Under the pieces are notes generated by a model that was not told the DNA's origin, made no database searches, and saw nothing but the letters and a program-made list of their open reading frames with translations. The position numbers and the translations under genes are program-made. 64,000 bases of DNA. Source: Phoronis australis. Its lineage: Eukaryota; Animalia; Phoronida. The stretch is from contig NMRA01000158.1 of the NCBI GenBank assembly GCA_002633005.1, forward strand, positions 308,229-372,228. The letters run 5' to 3'. Positions within the stretch are counted from its first letter, which is position 1; every line of letters begins with the position of its first letter. Shown here piece after piece: positions 47,701-60,600 of this stretch.

Positions 47701-50331
47701 ATTTCGACCATACACAAGTCACATTAAAATGCTAGGTGCTTGAGCTTTAGAGAAACTTTAATTTTCAAATCATATAAAGCATACATTGTTATATGACTTG
47801 GTGGCCAGCAAAGGCACGGGCTGCTAATGGCTGACCACCGAGTAACAATAAATTAAATAGATATTAACAATTAAGAAGAATAATATAAATAACAACAGAA
47901 ACAAGTACATCAACAATGAAATGAGATACAATGCAAGTTTATTTAAAAACGTTAAGTTAAATGTGTTTTACAAAGAATTAAACACCCGAGAATATTGATA
48001 CAAGGGAAACCATTGATTTTTACAAGATGTTTCTCTTATGGTAATATCTCTGGTTTTGTGAAACGTATCGTGTGGTTGCAACCAGTGATATTGTTAACCT
48101 GTGTTATTCACTTCAGGTATCGGAAGACAAGCTACGTTACGCTGTGGGGGCGATACTGGCTGAGAATGAGGCTGAGGTGGACCCAGAGATGGAGGAGTCA
48201 CTGAAGAAGAATGGTTTCAAGTTCGCCACATTCCCCGCCGTTGACAATGCCGTTAAAGCAAAGTTTCCTTTCAACACAACAGTATCTATATTCATAGCCA
48301 TCGCCAGAGTGTACCCGGCGTTGAGTCGTTATGTTAAGGTGAGATATTCCTATGTGGTTTCATTTCCCATATTTTACCAATAAAACAAAATGGTGGTTTT
48401 GTTGAACGCGAGAGATGACAATTGTATGCACACACTGTCTGTTTGTAGGATTTCTTCCAACCAGATGATATTTAGGATGGGGTCTAATCTTTGATTCGAA
48501 ATCGAACTCAAGATCATGAATTACATTTTCCATTCTACTTTAGTACAAACTCATGATAAGTGTCTGTTTTTGCGTGCTCAAGTATTTTATAGTTTTTTTC
48601 AGGTTAGTGTATAATTTTAAGTTTGCACTTGATGAACCTTAAATTTGAGCTACATACTTGAGATTTCATGTTTAGGCTCGATCTCATAGCTTGAATACTG
48701 GGGTCATCAGGTACAAACGAGGATTAGGCAGTCATCCACGTAAGATACTCTAGCCCTGAATAGTAGGCGTTTATCTTTAGTTTGGACTTAAGTAGAACCA
48801 AAAAAGTCAAAATAATTTTGAGTATTTTGAGTGCAAAGATTAGACTCTGAGGGCTGGTATTTTATATGAGTGGTTCATGCATATGATTTGATTCACCTGC
48901 ATACATTAACATATGATTGTCTGGTACCCTTGAATAGGTTACTTTTTGTAAAGCACTACCTTAGGTCTGTCCTTCTTCACACTACATAATTCTATGAATC
49001 ATAAATAAATTATGACGATTGATTTGTCTATTTGTGCCGTAGTAGCCATACGTCACAGCCTTAGTCCTTCCTCAGTGTTTCTCAGCATAAAAAGAACAGG
49101 TTGTGGTGCCACAAGAGACAACATCACTCATCAGTAACTACACAGAAGGCACATCTTGTATTATTACAAACCCACTTCTGTATCTGTTGCAACTGTTGTA
49201 CTTTATTGCTGTAGAAGCCAGGTGACTTTTTATGTGTAAGTGCATGAGATATGTGATTCACTCATAGACTGAGCACGTTGGAACTCACTCTCACTAATTA
49301 TTGCTTGTCTCTGAGAATCTTTTAACTCGTACTAATTAAGACCAGGACTAAGGGAAATACCATAGAAACTCTTTGAGGAAAATTAGGGTTTCGTGTTTTA
49401 GGCAAGCACGACAATTTTTTTATTTCACGCACGTTCCAACTTTGCCCACTTTTCTGTCGTGAAATTGGAATCAGAATCTCGTTATTAAAGTGTGGATCAT
49501 TAGGCATGGTTTGTTTCAAACGCACCCGGCATGTCTGCTGAAACAAATTGTTTCTACCTATGTTTTCCATCTACCTAAATTTACATGCATTTGTATCTGG
49601 CTGTATTGTGAAAAGAATGCGCAATTTGTTTCTGAAGCATTGAAATTGGGCCAGAAATGAGAAAGTTACAAATTGCACCGATGTTAGTCGTGGAGTCGTC
49701 TGTCACACTTCCAACACCAGCTGATCTACAAACATTCACATGAAACTGCGACTAGATTTTTTGTGATGATCTTGTCCTTCATTACAAGAATATAACCTTA
49801 CATAACCTGCTTGGGTGATGTCTACGTAATGTTTCATGCACATTTTGAGTTCAATATTTTGCCTAATGACTCCAAAAATGTTGGATTTTTCTTTAGAAGC
49901 ATTCATATTGTATCTCTTGTAATTATGAGTTTCGGATTTTATTTGATCAGGAGAAGAAGCTGTGCGCACATCCAGTGTTAGAGATTTATGACGACATGAC
50001 GATCCACTTCATGATGCCTCTGTCAAGACAGGATGATTTTTACGTTCCGGAGACGACGGGTGAAAATGAGGCTGGTGATGTCGGCAGTGTCAGCGATGAA
50101 TCTGATATAAGTGTTGTGGACAAAAGCAGTGGCGAATCACCCATGGTGTCCCCTGATGATAGTGAAAACCTGATTCCAAAAATTAAGCTGAGCTTGCCCC
50201 ATGAGCATTCCGGTGCTGGGGACACAGCAGTGCCATCTGTTGGTGATAGAGAAAGCGATGCTGGGTCAGAGCACAGTTCAGGGTCCTCGTTTGAAAAGAT
50301 TGAAGAGGATGAGTTGTCGCCAAACAATTAA
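40301..50331 (+). CDS. TEX264: Testis-expressed protein 264 homolog (ER-phagy receptor), 4 coding exons, 286 aa
   Basis: Exons 40301-40405, 45055-45207, 48117-48338, 49951-50331, all phase 0, total 861 nt. N-terminal TM helix, GyrI-like domain (VAYK..GPY, GVYYDDP, RYAVGAIL, FPFNTTVSIFIA..RVYPAL, HFMMPLSRQDDFYVPE) and C-terminal SSFEKIEE LIR. Confidence 0.95.
40772..41810 (+). mobile_element. Helentron-associated non-autonomous element (HINE/DINE-like)
   Basis: 5' ACTTGGCGAAA (40774) with a nearby inverted copy TTTCGCCAAGT (40789); 3' TTTCGCCAAGT (41778) followed by hairpin CGCTC-ctct-GAGCG (41791-41804) and a T-rich flank; (tca)n/(tcg)n microsatellite inside. Confidence 0.7.
42370..42624. 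mobile_element. Two adjacent short GC-rich TIR elements (42370-42527 and 42538-42624)
   Basis: The first matches 56079-56251 (ggattt..ggaggggggg..catttggcagttcg..aaatcctggat..cccctg); the second has CATGGG...CCCATG ends like 46318-46392. Confidence 0.6.
44636..44719. repeat. (CA)n microsatellite
   Basis: cacacacaca tract. Confidence 0.98.
45055..45207 (+). CDS. TEX264: TEX264 coding exon 2
   Basis: VGAGAPPIGEVKVAYKYGQGPY...FGVYYDDPNQ. Confidence 0.93.
45898..46001. repeat. 26 bp tandem repeat, 4 copies
   Basis: ggtatgggaataggtcacactaaggg. Confidence 0.95.
46318..46392. mobile_element. 75 bp micro-MITE with a 5 bp TSD
   Basis: CATGG ... CCATG ends; GAATA at 46313-46317 and 46393-46397. Confidence 0.65.
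48117..48338 (+). CDS. TEX264: TEX264 coding exon 3
   Basis: VSEDKLRYAVGAILAE...RVYPALSRYVK. Confidence 0.93.
49951..50331 (+). CDS. TEX264: TEX264 coding exon 4 (terminal; disordered linker and LIR)
   Basis: EKKLCAHPVLEIYDD...DFYVPE...GSSFEKIEEDELSPNN*. Confidence 0.93.
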   Translation, partial: EKKLCAHPVLEIYDDMTIHFMMPLSRQDDFYVPETTGENEAGDVGSVSDESDISVVDKSSGESPMVSPDDSENLIPKIKLSLPHEHSGAGDTAVPSVGDRESDAGSEHSSGSSFEKIEEDELSPNN

Positions 50332-51159
50332 ATTCATACTGTACTACTAAAATAGCAAGTATTGTATACTCATATTTAAAAATGTATTAAGCCATTGGTG
50401 TCATTGTAAATTGCTGTGATTGTTGGGAGTCGTGGCAATTTTGAAATAGAATTTTAGGTTAATGGACTGGTGACATTTTTTTTTTAAAGATTACTCTCAA
50501 TTTGAGCGTTCCTGTAGCAAAAAGTTGACACCAGAAAAAATTCATTGATGATTTTGAACCAACTTAATAGTTAAGTCTTTTACTTTTGTCCCCTGTTAAT
50601 TATCAGGTTAAGTCTGTGAAAGTGTTGTGGGTAACATGTGGGCACCGATGAATTGTTTCTTTCTTCTTTTAGTTAGAATCTGTTACTGCTTAGGTTTAGT
50701 CAACAGACTTGAATCAGGCTGTGGGATCAACACTCCTCCGCCACCACCAAAACTTAGTTCTCGGACGTGAAATGTGCCCTGCATACCTTCCTCTCTTACA
50801 TTATTGTAATTGAAACTGGCAGTGCCTTATGCCCTCTGTTGTGTATTTTCACTAAGGAGGTGGTGACAGTTGAAGTATTCCTATCAAACGGATTCTTGAT
50901 AACGTAATGGGCTCACAATAGTTTGACCTAATATCAGAAACACAGCAGCTGGTGACCATGAGAATCTGAAAAACAATCATGGTAAATTGAATGCAATTCA
51001 ACTATAATCTCAGGCACAAGGTCCGCTGTGTTCATGTCTCCACCTGGTGGCAGTAATTCCAGAAAGTTCTGACTACTTGATCGTGCCAACTGAAGCCATT
51101 TGTCAAAAAATTACAGGTAGGGTATGTTAATAATCCAGGTGTCTCCTGGTCCCGGGTTG

Positions 51160-51528
51160 TAATTTTTTACTCAAAATGGAAGAAATTATGTTTGGCAATT
51201 TCTCTTCTACTTTTGCGCGAACTCAAGATAAGTGGCTGATTGTGCTTTAGTACATAGTGACTTGCATGGATAATCTTTTAGACCTAGTTTGCAGTTGATA
51301 AACCCAGCATTGAGGCTAAACGTGCGAGCTTGAACTCGGGATTTCGAGTTTTTACTCGAGTTTGTATCACCAATGTAAGGGTCATTAAGTGCGAAGTTGG
51401 ACTAGAAACTCATATGCATAAACTATAATGTATTTGAGCAGTCAAATAACCACTTCTCTCGAGTTCGCACAAAAGTAGCAGAGAAATTGCCAAAAATAAT
51501 TTCGAGTTCGTTTTGAGTACAGAAATTA
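51160..51528. mobile_element. Degenerate inverted-repeat element downstream of the TEX264 stop
   Basis: gaaattatgtttggcaatttctcttctacttttgcgcgaactc pairs with gagttcgcacaaaagtagcagagaaattgccaaaaataatttc. Confidence 0.7.
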
Positions 51529-54500
51529 GATTCCCGCTCCAGTTATTACCCCTGATAGTTGTACAGACAAGAACCAACTGGGACAAAAATGAAGATTTTT
51601 CTATATGCGGCCTTTGTAAAGAATGTCAAAGTATAGCATCATCAACTGCCTGTTTCAGGAATGCTAAAATTCTGGCCAATTGATTTCTTTAAAAATGTTA
51701 TTCAGCTAGCATATTGAGTACTAGTGCCAGCTAAAACCTAAAATACTTCATCATTTTACGTCATAAGTGATGTCAGTTTTCACTAGCATAAGTGGTGTAA
51801 AAGCTTTCTGTGTTACTGTAATAAAATCTGGCTATTGTAACAGAAAACAGCTCTGCTTAAAATACTATTGACAAAGCAAAGGGCTCATGTTTTAAGTATA
51901 AATGCTGGAGATTTCAGAAACATTCGTTTTTGCGAGCTAATTTTACATTCACACAAGCTTTTTTGTAAACGTGTATTTCTGACCACTGCGTCCTTTTGTG
52001 TCATGTACTTGGTATACCAGCTAAGGTTCACTGTGTCAGCAGTTAATTAGCTTTAAAAGGAAAGTCCAGCAATGCCTGAATTGCCAACTGATACGTTTGA
52101 AACAATGCAATCATCTGTTTAAATTTGAGAAATTTATGACACACTGTTCTAATATGTGTGGAGCATGGAAAACAATCTCAAATGTGCCCCGTGGGTGCTT
52201 TTTCAAACCTTGGTTAAAAAGAGCTCCTTGTGAGCTCTGGCTAATGGGATTTGTTTCAAAAATCCCTGATGTATACTGTTTGAATTTAATTGGGGTTGTT
52301 TCAAAAATCCTCCCTGATATATACTGCTTGAAGTTAGGATTCATGAAATCTTGAAATTGGTTCATTTTAGCACTGAACTAGGTTGCTGTCAATGGAAATT
52401 TTTATAACTGTCTCAAAGTATTTGTAGGAATACTCCATTCTAACTGTTTTTTTTTTCTCGTGCACCTGTGCTGACATTTTGTTCAACTGGTTTCCTTTCT
52501 GATAGAGAGAATCATTAGAATATTGAAGTTCATGACAGCATTTTCCCGTTCAGTGACTTTACTAGACATGAAAGGTTGTGGGCATGTGATAACAGCTAGC
52601 TTCTTTGTTAACTGCTAAGTACAGTCTTTTGTCTGGTATGACAACAGGCAGGCCAATTATCTACCAGTCTTATTACAGAACACAAACCCAGAGCAAATTG
52701 GTACGTTCATTCGGAAAGAATAAATTGTAGTAACTTTGGTTGTAGTTGGGCGATTTTGGCAATTCAAAAACTAAACATGATCACCATTTGAGGAGGATTT
52801 CAGAAATGCTATTGGTTTATGTTCAAATATGTTAACAACACAGCCCAGCCAGTCAGGCTAGATATGATCTTTTGGGAGATTAGAGCAATTATCGAACAAA
52901 AGAGAGCTGGCCCTCCAACCATTTATACCAGAATGGAGTTAATCAGTGATGTAAGATATTGGCTACAGGTGTCATCTTCCCAACTTGTTTGTGTGCTATA
53001 GAATCGAACAAGTTGGGAGCAACGGGAAAACACGATAATGAAGTATTTCAGCCTTCATTCCAACCCACAGATTATGTGCTTGAATTTTTAGAGAGTCTGT
53101 CCTCTCTCTATGCTACAGCTGCGTTTCCTAGTGCTTAATAGGTGGTATTTAATCATCTGAAATAGAAACAACTGAAATGTTTTCGGGACAACATTGTACT
53201 GACATGCAGTTACACAGGGTAGTCATGAGTAAGCTGCCGAGTTATGGACTCTATCCAGTATAGGTTTGATGTTATATTGACGAAAATGGTCAGTTTTTTC
53301 CATGTATGGGGAGACATTGACAAACACTTCTACTGATATGAGATAAAAAATGTAATTGCACCATTTTGATTGATATTCGTTCTTTTCACTGGGAGTTCTG
53401 ACTGTACATCGGGTACTGTTGCCTCAATGTCACTTAGCACAGCTACGAGTTACTATTCTGACTTGCGTGTTTCCAATGCCTATGTGGTATGAAGTTTGTA
53501 AGATGGTATTTGAGGTCAGTTGAAATGCAATTTTCGAAATACTTTTTCATGGACCAAAAGAGGCCCGGTTTTGGTGATTTCATCCAAAGCCTGTCCTGAC
53601 ACTTAGTGTGTGTGTGTTTGGAATTTTCCTTTTTTTAAGAGGATTTTCTCTTTTTTGGTTTCCATTTTCTTTTATTTGATTTCCAGTTTCCTCTTTCTCC
53701 GTCCTTTTTATCGTTATTTTGGCTAGGTTTAGTTCAGTTAAATTTTACAACACAAAAATATTTTTGTCACACAAGCCTGTTTATTTGTGGAAAAGTGCCT
53801 ATTTTTGTGGAAAAGTTTCCTCTTTTCCATCTTTGGTTATTCCTAGCCCTGTGAGACTCTTTGAGATATAGCAAGTGGAATACAGAAGTAGCCCTCAGTT
53901 ATTGGCTGTGTCAGGAAGTGTATTCCGTGCTTCAGGACGGGCCCGTCTTTCTCTGCAGCCCTTTATTGACATGATGCCAAAGTGTTACGTCAGGCTAAGG
54001 CTAGCCTTAGTCAGAATCAGTGACTAAATGTGGAGTTTTCTTACTTATGTCTCAAGTTTTTTAAGTGTTGATAAATTCTGTATCAAGACGGCGAAAAGGA
54101 ACGTACGTCCCGATCGCAGACCACCATTCAGCCCCCAAGGCAACAAGTTGTGCTGTTCATGGCCTCGATTGGGGTCATAATGGAAGTAACGTTTGACCAA
54201 TGTCCTCAGTTCAATACTGATGTTGAGTAGTGCGCCAGTGATATACCGTTATACCCTAATGTTGTGCAGATTGTTTCTCATCTTTAATCTTGTTTTCTTG
54301 AAATTTGTATCATTTAAGTTTTCAACCGGATTCATTTATTCAAAAAGATCAAGATTTCTTCAACCTTAAGCGTGAACCTTTCAAAGTTTACAAAGTATAA
54401 AAGCTGGCATGAAAATTTTGAAACATCCAGTTGAGAAAACAGATCAAATTTGAGTCTAATACTGTATGTAAATCAATAAATATTTACAGGGACCAGAGTT

Positions 54501-56078
54501 AGTTGCTTCCTCGTAGACAATGCTCAGCATGCTGGTAGACTAGTCACGAGTCGACCGAAAACGAAACCCGTGGTGCGCCGTTACCAATTTCCGACTCTAG
54601 AGACCCTGAACCCTAGCTCGGAGCAAGTCAAGAAATTTTCTAGGCAAAATGTCTAGCTTTGATGAAAGTTTGTATTGTTTTTAACTTAGGCCTAACAGGT
54701 GGTGCAGACCATCCAGGTACTTTTCATTTTTAAAAAGCGTAGTGCTAGCTGGCCTCCGTCACATGAGCGTCCCGTCCAGAAAAAACGCTGTTTACGTCAT
54801 CAGTCTATACAGTGGTCACCTGCGATTCCAAAACGAATAAAAGACACGTCAGACCTGTACAGTCAATGCTCTATCAGTCATTTGTAAAAGAAGTTCGATT
54901 TATCTTCGCCAGAAGCGGAAGAACCAGCCAACGAATTTTTTAAAAACAATTTCCATCTGTGTACGAATGTTTGGTTGCCGGTAAATAAAACGCTAAGACA
55001 CGATTTTCCCTCGGTCATACCTATTATGAAAACAATTGTGCATTTTTTGCAAATCTATTCTAGTGCTAAATAAAATCGGAAGTTTAAAATTTCCAAAAAT
55101 ATCGCGAAAATTGAAAAGCCAGGAATTGACTCATCATTTTTTACGTGCTGTAGTGGAAGTCGCCGCAAATAACTCGCACATTTAATTTTAGCAAATAGAC
55201 AATGCTTTTAAAGAATTGCTAAGAGAAGCAATGAAATATAGAATTGTTAATTAATTCCATTTTTTAATGAAGGCCATGCGCCCATCGTCCAAAAACAGCA
55301 ATCAGACATTTAAGCGCATAACTTTTCACGGAGGTAAACAACTGGGAAAACACAATTTACATATTTATGTTGACAAAAGCCAGTCAAGGGTTTATATACG
55401 GAAAGGTGGTTGCAACTACTTGGCAACATGCCTTTCTCTAGGTGCAATTTAAAAGAAAATTGGGCTCGTCTTCAATAATATTAAGGTAAAAAGGACACAA
55501 TATGTCCGCCTTGTAAATATTTAAGTGTGTTCTGCCCACTTTCTACACTCTTTCACAGTGCTTTTAGTATAGGTGGCGCTGTGTCAGAGTTCTGTAGTCC
55601 TACCTACTTTTAGTTTGTGATGAAAACCGAAAACGTGCACTGGCCATATTCAGTAATCACACTGAGGTCAGTAATTTCCCTAGTTAAATTCAATCATAAA
55701 TTGATTATAAAAATACCGTTTAGAAAAAACGCTTTACTTTGTCGCCAACCTTGCAAATAATCCCTTTTTCTTTGCGTGAAATATTTGCAGAAATTAATTC
55801 TCACATATGACACCGCCATATTCAACCAAACTTCATAAATGCCATAACAAATAATTTTGATATTTAAACAACACAACTCGTAATTTCTCAAGGTTTTGGT
55901 CTTTAGTAAGAAAAGAATTTTTTTAGTATCATAACATAGGAAAAGTAATTTACTATACTAAGAGGTTGAATTACGAACATTTTAGAAAAAAAATGAATCG
56001 CTCAGAAGGACTGTTTGTCAAACAATCGAATAATTACAATTGCCACTGTAGTCGATTCCCGTGTGAATGGGTTGTGTA

Positions 56079-56251
56079 CAGTGGCGGATTTAGGAGGGGG
56101 GGGNGGACAAGGTACCATGCCCCCCCCCCTCTAAAATTCTCCCAGATTACATTTGGCAGTTCGGGGGTGTGAATGTCTGACGGACAAATTCCTGGCAAAT
56201 ACTCTGCCCTGTTCCCCTCTCCCCCAACTCGAAATCCTGGATCCACCCCTG
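56079..56251. mobile_element. Short GC-rich TIR element
   Basis: CAGTGGCGGATTTAGGA ... TCCTGGATCCACCCCTG; contains a single N at 56104; relatives at 42370 and 29830/31346. Confidence 0.65.
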
Positions 56252-57495
56252 TTGTATTCCCCGAGATCAAGCTCTGCTCATCGAAATGACGCACCTTGCC
56301 ACTGTTATTGTAAAACCTGATACCAAATGCCATTGAGCACGAACGCGTGATTTCTTGGCCAAGCGAAGCACCATCTCCATTACCGTAACAAATGCAATTA
56401 CGATTATTGAGTCTTAAAGAACCATGCCGGACTTCTCTCATTGGTAGTCAATTGCTTAGGCCCACAGTGCGCTGTTGTCTACCAGAGACCGTATTCGTCT
56501 TTGCCCGTTTACTGTGATTTCATGTTTTCCCACACTACCGGGCGAGTAGCCAACAGGAGATTGGGTGTCTGAACACACAGAAAAAAAGACACCTGTCAGT
56601 TGAAACAGGGTGTTCCGTTATTAATTTTTATGCTTTGGCAGCAAAAAGGCTCCGTCTTGCAACATATTAGATATTAGGTTGCGTCAACAGAACGACAAAA
56701 TCCGGATTCAATAAACACCGCTACGCAAATGCATACGCAAATGATCCTGGCGGTGTTGAAAAGAACTCCTTGTCGGCCATATTGGCGTTTTTCTAGCAGA
56801 CGGCATTTAGTTGACTGAGATTTTACGAAAGACAATTGATAGATCCTCTTTGATGTCTCCACCTTGAATCAAGTGCTTCGGTAAAGTAAATTAAAACAAT
56901 CAACTTTTTATACACATACGTTTCACTTGACTATTTTAGTGACGCACTGCTCTTCTCGGACGCAGGGCAACTCATTTCTCCAGAGGGCCAGATCATAAAA
57001 ATATTGCAGGCAGTCTGGTGCTCGTTGTAGTCTACAGTTGTTGTAGACCAGACGTGGGCAGACCGCTACTTTGGTACATGTAGTAGGCTATGCAACGTAA
57101 TAAAAATAGAGAAAGCACCATACAGAGCTTCAAGGTTTGTACTTCTTCATATACTCAACATTGTGTCACTCAGTGTTCATTATTACTAATTAGAATAAAC
57201 TTATTAGGCCTAAACGTTGTTTTTATTTGGTTTACTTAGTTATATCTGACACTGACTGACTGAATGAATGCAAACACTTAGGATTTTGTGAGTTACACAA
57301 TCGGAAATCAAAATTATTTTCAAATTCAGAGTAACGTGCTCTATGAATATTGGTCTTTTACATTAGTCTATTTTTCTATGTATAGGTAAATAAAACAAGA
57401 ATGGATCATCTGATATTTTCGAATATAATTACATCCTTCGTCAACAGAAACAAAAATAAAGTAAAATACTATTTTTCTGACATTTACTTGCAGAA

Positions 57496-57616
57496 ATGGA
57501 GGACGAGAATCGTAATTCCATAGTGACAGGTGCCATAACCTTTTTGACTAACACCAAACGATTTATTTGGAACAGACAAGAGAAAACGGTTTTGGGACGA
57601 AATGCTCAAAGTTGGG
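57496..57616 (+). CDS. ATP1B: ATP1B coding exon 1
   Basis: MEDENRN...KRFIWNRQEKTVLGRNAQSW|GTAAGT. Confidence 0.9.
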
Positions 57617-60600
57617 GTAAGTTAAGCCGTGGTACAACCGGATGACAAAGTTTTGTGTTGCCCTTTTGCATTCAGTCAAAACCTACGAGTAGGCCTACTC
57701 TAACTTCTGGGTGGCTGTGGTACAGTCAGTTCAGTCATGATGACTGGTTAGTGGTAAGTTTCGTCAAGCAAATATTTTTTTTTTAATGTTTATTACGAAA
57801 TCTTCAGAATTCAATGAATATACATAACCCAGAAAGCGCCAAGAGGCATTAGATCTGGGTAAACAAAATACAAAGAAGTCTATATACAATAATTATATAC
57901 AAATACATAAATAAAAAAAAACTGATGTTAAGAATATGATATATGATAACGAATGAAAATAATTCATTTTCATACAGATGTATAATATTCTATCCACTCA
58001 CACAAAGAGATTTAATGTTATAAAGAAATTCTGATACTATTTCAAATAAAACCTTATTTTCGTTTGAGTTAAGTACTTGACATCCATATAGAAAGAAATT
58101 AATTTTGTTGTACAATTGCGGAATTTCAGAATATTTTTTATAAACATTGGGGTATTGTTCGAGTGCCTGGAAGAGCTGTACCCTCTCCTCCTTGCATACC
58201 TCACAAGCAAGGAAAACGTGAGGATATGTCTGGGTATCTCCACAGGAACACAGAGGCGAAATATTATCAAAATTATGTCTAAATTTCTCGTTGTTTAGGA
58301 ACAGACCACATCTTGATCTGTATAGGGTTATTTCAACCACAAGCAAATATGTTATTTCTGTGTTTTGGAGTTCAATCAATACACAGCCAGGCAGCTGCTA
58401 GGGTCGTGAGTAAGACTTATACATGTATATAAGGTGTAGAATTTTTTTGAGGTAAAAATTTACTAATTCAACCACCCAGTACATAGTTGTACAGCAATAT
58501 GAAATCTAGTCAATACATCAAACAGATTAGAAACATCGAACCCTATAAAAGCTAGTTGCTAGGCAATAAACAAGACCACTTTGCCTGGAATCTCTCAGGA
58601 GCCAATTTATAATGGTAAATATTTTCCTCCCATAAAAATGAACACGGGTTGCTTCTCTTATGGAAAGCTAGATCAGAACATGAAAAATGAACATTCACCA
58701 AGCCAGCATATGAGTAATCCGAAAATGCAAACCTGCAACTTGATTTTGGCCAATAACGTTCCGTCACAATATGGGCAGTGACGTGAATCAGAGAGCTGGC
58801 AACTCACCGAAGTTTCGCACACACGCACCATTTTTGAGTCTGCATTTCAAGAAGGTTTTCACTAAAAGTTCCAATGCTCTTATTGGTAGCGAAAATTGAA
58901 CTCTAAGGAATATTTCAAACAGTGATTTCATGAGAATGAAATTGTCAAGAATGACTTGTTGATGATTTTATCTATTCTGAGAATTGTGCCTTATTTTGGC
59001 CCACCTACACGTTTAATACTATTTGTCAGTTTAACTTCTCCTTCTCATACCACGTGATTACTACACGTGGCTGCATCGACTGTATTGTTATATTGTAGTT
59101 TCTGTACAAATAAAATCAGTTGTTCTTTTAACCTTACACAAACCAGTTACCATTTTTGCTCTCCCAATTCGTTCCACACAGAAATGCTAGCTACATCGAT
59201 TTTCTTGACGAAATACAGCTTTAAGTTTTATTAATGCAACCAAACATTAGTTTGAAATTGCATCGGTTGAACTTCTTGAATGTTGGTTAGATTTCCCTAT
59301 ATTATTTAACAATTCTATGCATTTTCTTGTAGGAAGGATTGGAATTTTCTATCTTCTATTCTTCTTCTGTCTGGGTGGTGTTTGGTTTGTTATGTTCTCT
59401 GTGTTCAACTTGACCATTCAGGAGGATAACCCCAAGTTGCAAGATAAAGCAAGTTCATTGAGACAGAATCCTGGTAAGCAAACGCCATGTGTCTGATGCG
59501 ACATCCCTGCAAATTGTCTCCCCTTCGTACCTGCAAATTGTCTCCCCTTCGTACTTGCCACGACAGTCAGTAAATCTTTATGCCGCATTAAGACTGTTCT
59601 TTCTGTCAAAAATCAGGTATTAATTTAGGCCTCTTACCCTTACTACAAAATTGGTCTCAAATTGTTCCTTAGTGAAATTATAGGTATTTCAGGGCGTCAG
59701 AAGAACTCAGTTTGCTATTTCGCCAGACTAGTGCTTATATAAAAGCCAGGTTATGCTGTGCCAGCTGAAATACAAAAGAAATAACTTGTCCCAAGACCCC
59801 AAAATGATAATCACTTCTAAGGAGCAGTATAAGACCAATATTTTACATGAAAAGAATCAAACATTGACACCTTCACTGGTCGAATTTTGTGGGCAACTTG
59901 ACTGGTTCGGTAAACTTAAAATCTGCCTATCCTACTAGTAATTAATGAAATCATCCAGCTTTGGCTGATGTTATCCTTCTCTGGAGATAAAGTTGCCTTA
60001 TGGGTAATCAAGAGTGAAAGTTGCCCATCATGACTATGGGTGAAACCGCTGGTGGCAACAATAATTTTTGAATATGTTTTTTGAATTTCAAAAATTCAGT
60101 AAAAGTGTTACTTTCATCACCTAAAATTAAAAAGTAGTCCATTGTGGTATTCTGCTTCATTAGTTCAGTGTTGAACGTTCAACATAAGCTATTACCGAGG
60201 GTCATAATGATTTGGAAATTGAGGAAAGACAAGGATCATCCTTAACCATACAACTTGGGGCATGCATCGTTAAGAAGACTACGAAAATCAAAACTTTTAA
60301 TTGACAGAAAGCACGAGTATAGTGCAGTGTAGTGAGTATAGAGCTGTTTTGATGTGTTTGATAATAGGAATTTGCTGAGGGTAGGCTTTTGTTAAAAAAA
60401 ATAATTGAGAACAGATTTTGGTAAAGGTTTTGGTGTTCATTGTGTGTGGAACTGATGAAAATACTTGGGTACATCCATGCATGTTTATAAACACGTTCCC
60501 TGTTTTTTCAAAAAAAGTTTTGTTGTGAATGACGGGACATTTATTATGTGTCTGGGCTTGCTGCATGTTGAAATATCCTTTATTTACCAACAAGTCATTT

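Noticed and set aside
54808-56050. Tc1-like element TA|CAGTGG...CCACTG|TA
   Set aside because: Only 6 bp of perfect terminal match and no transposase remnant; too weak to call.
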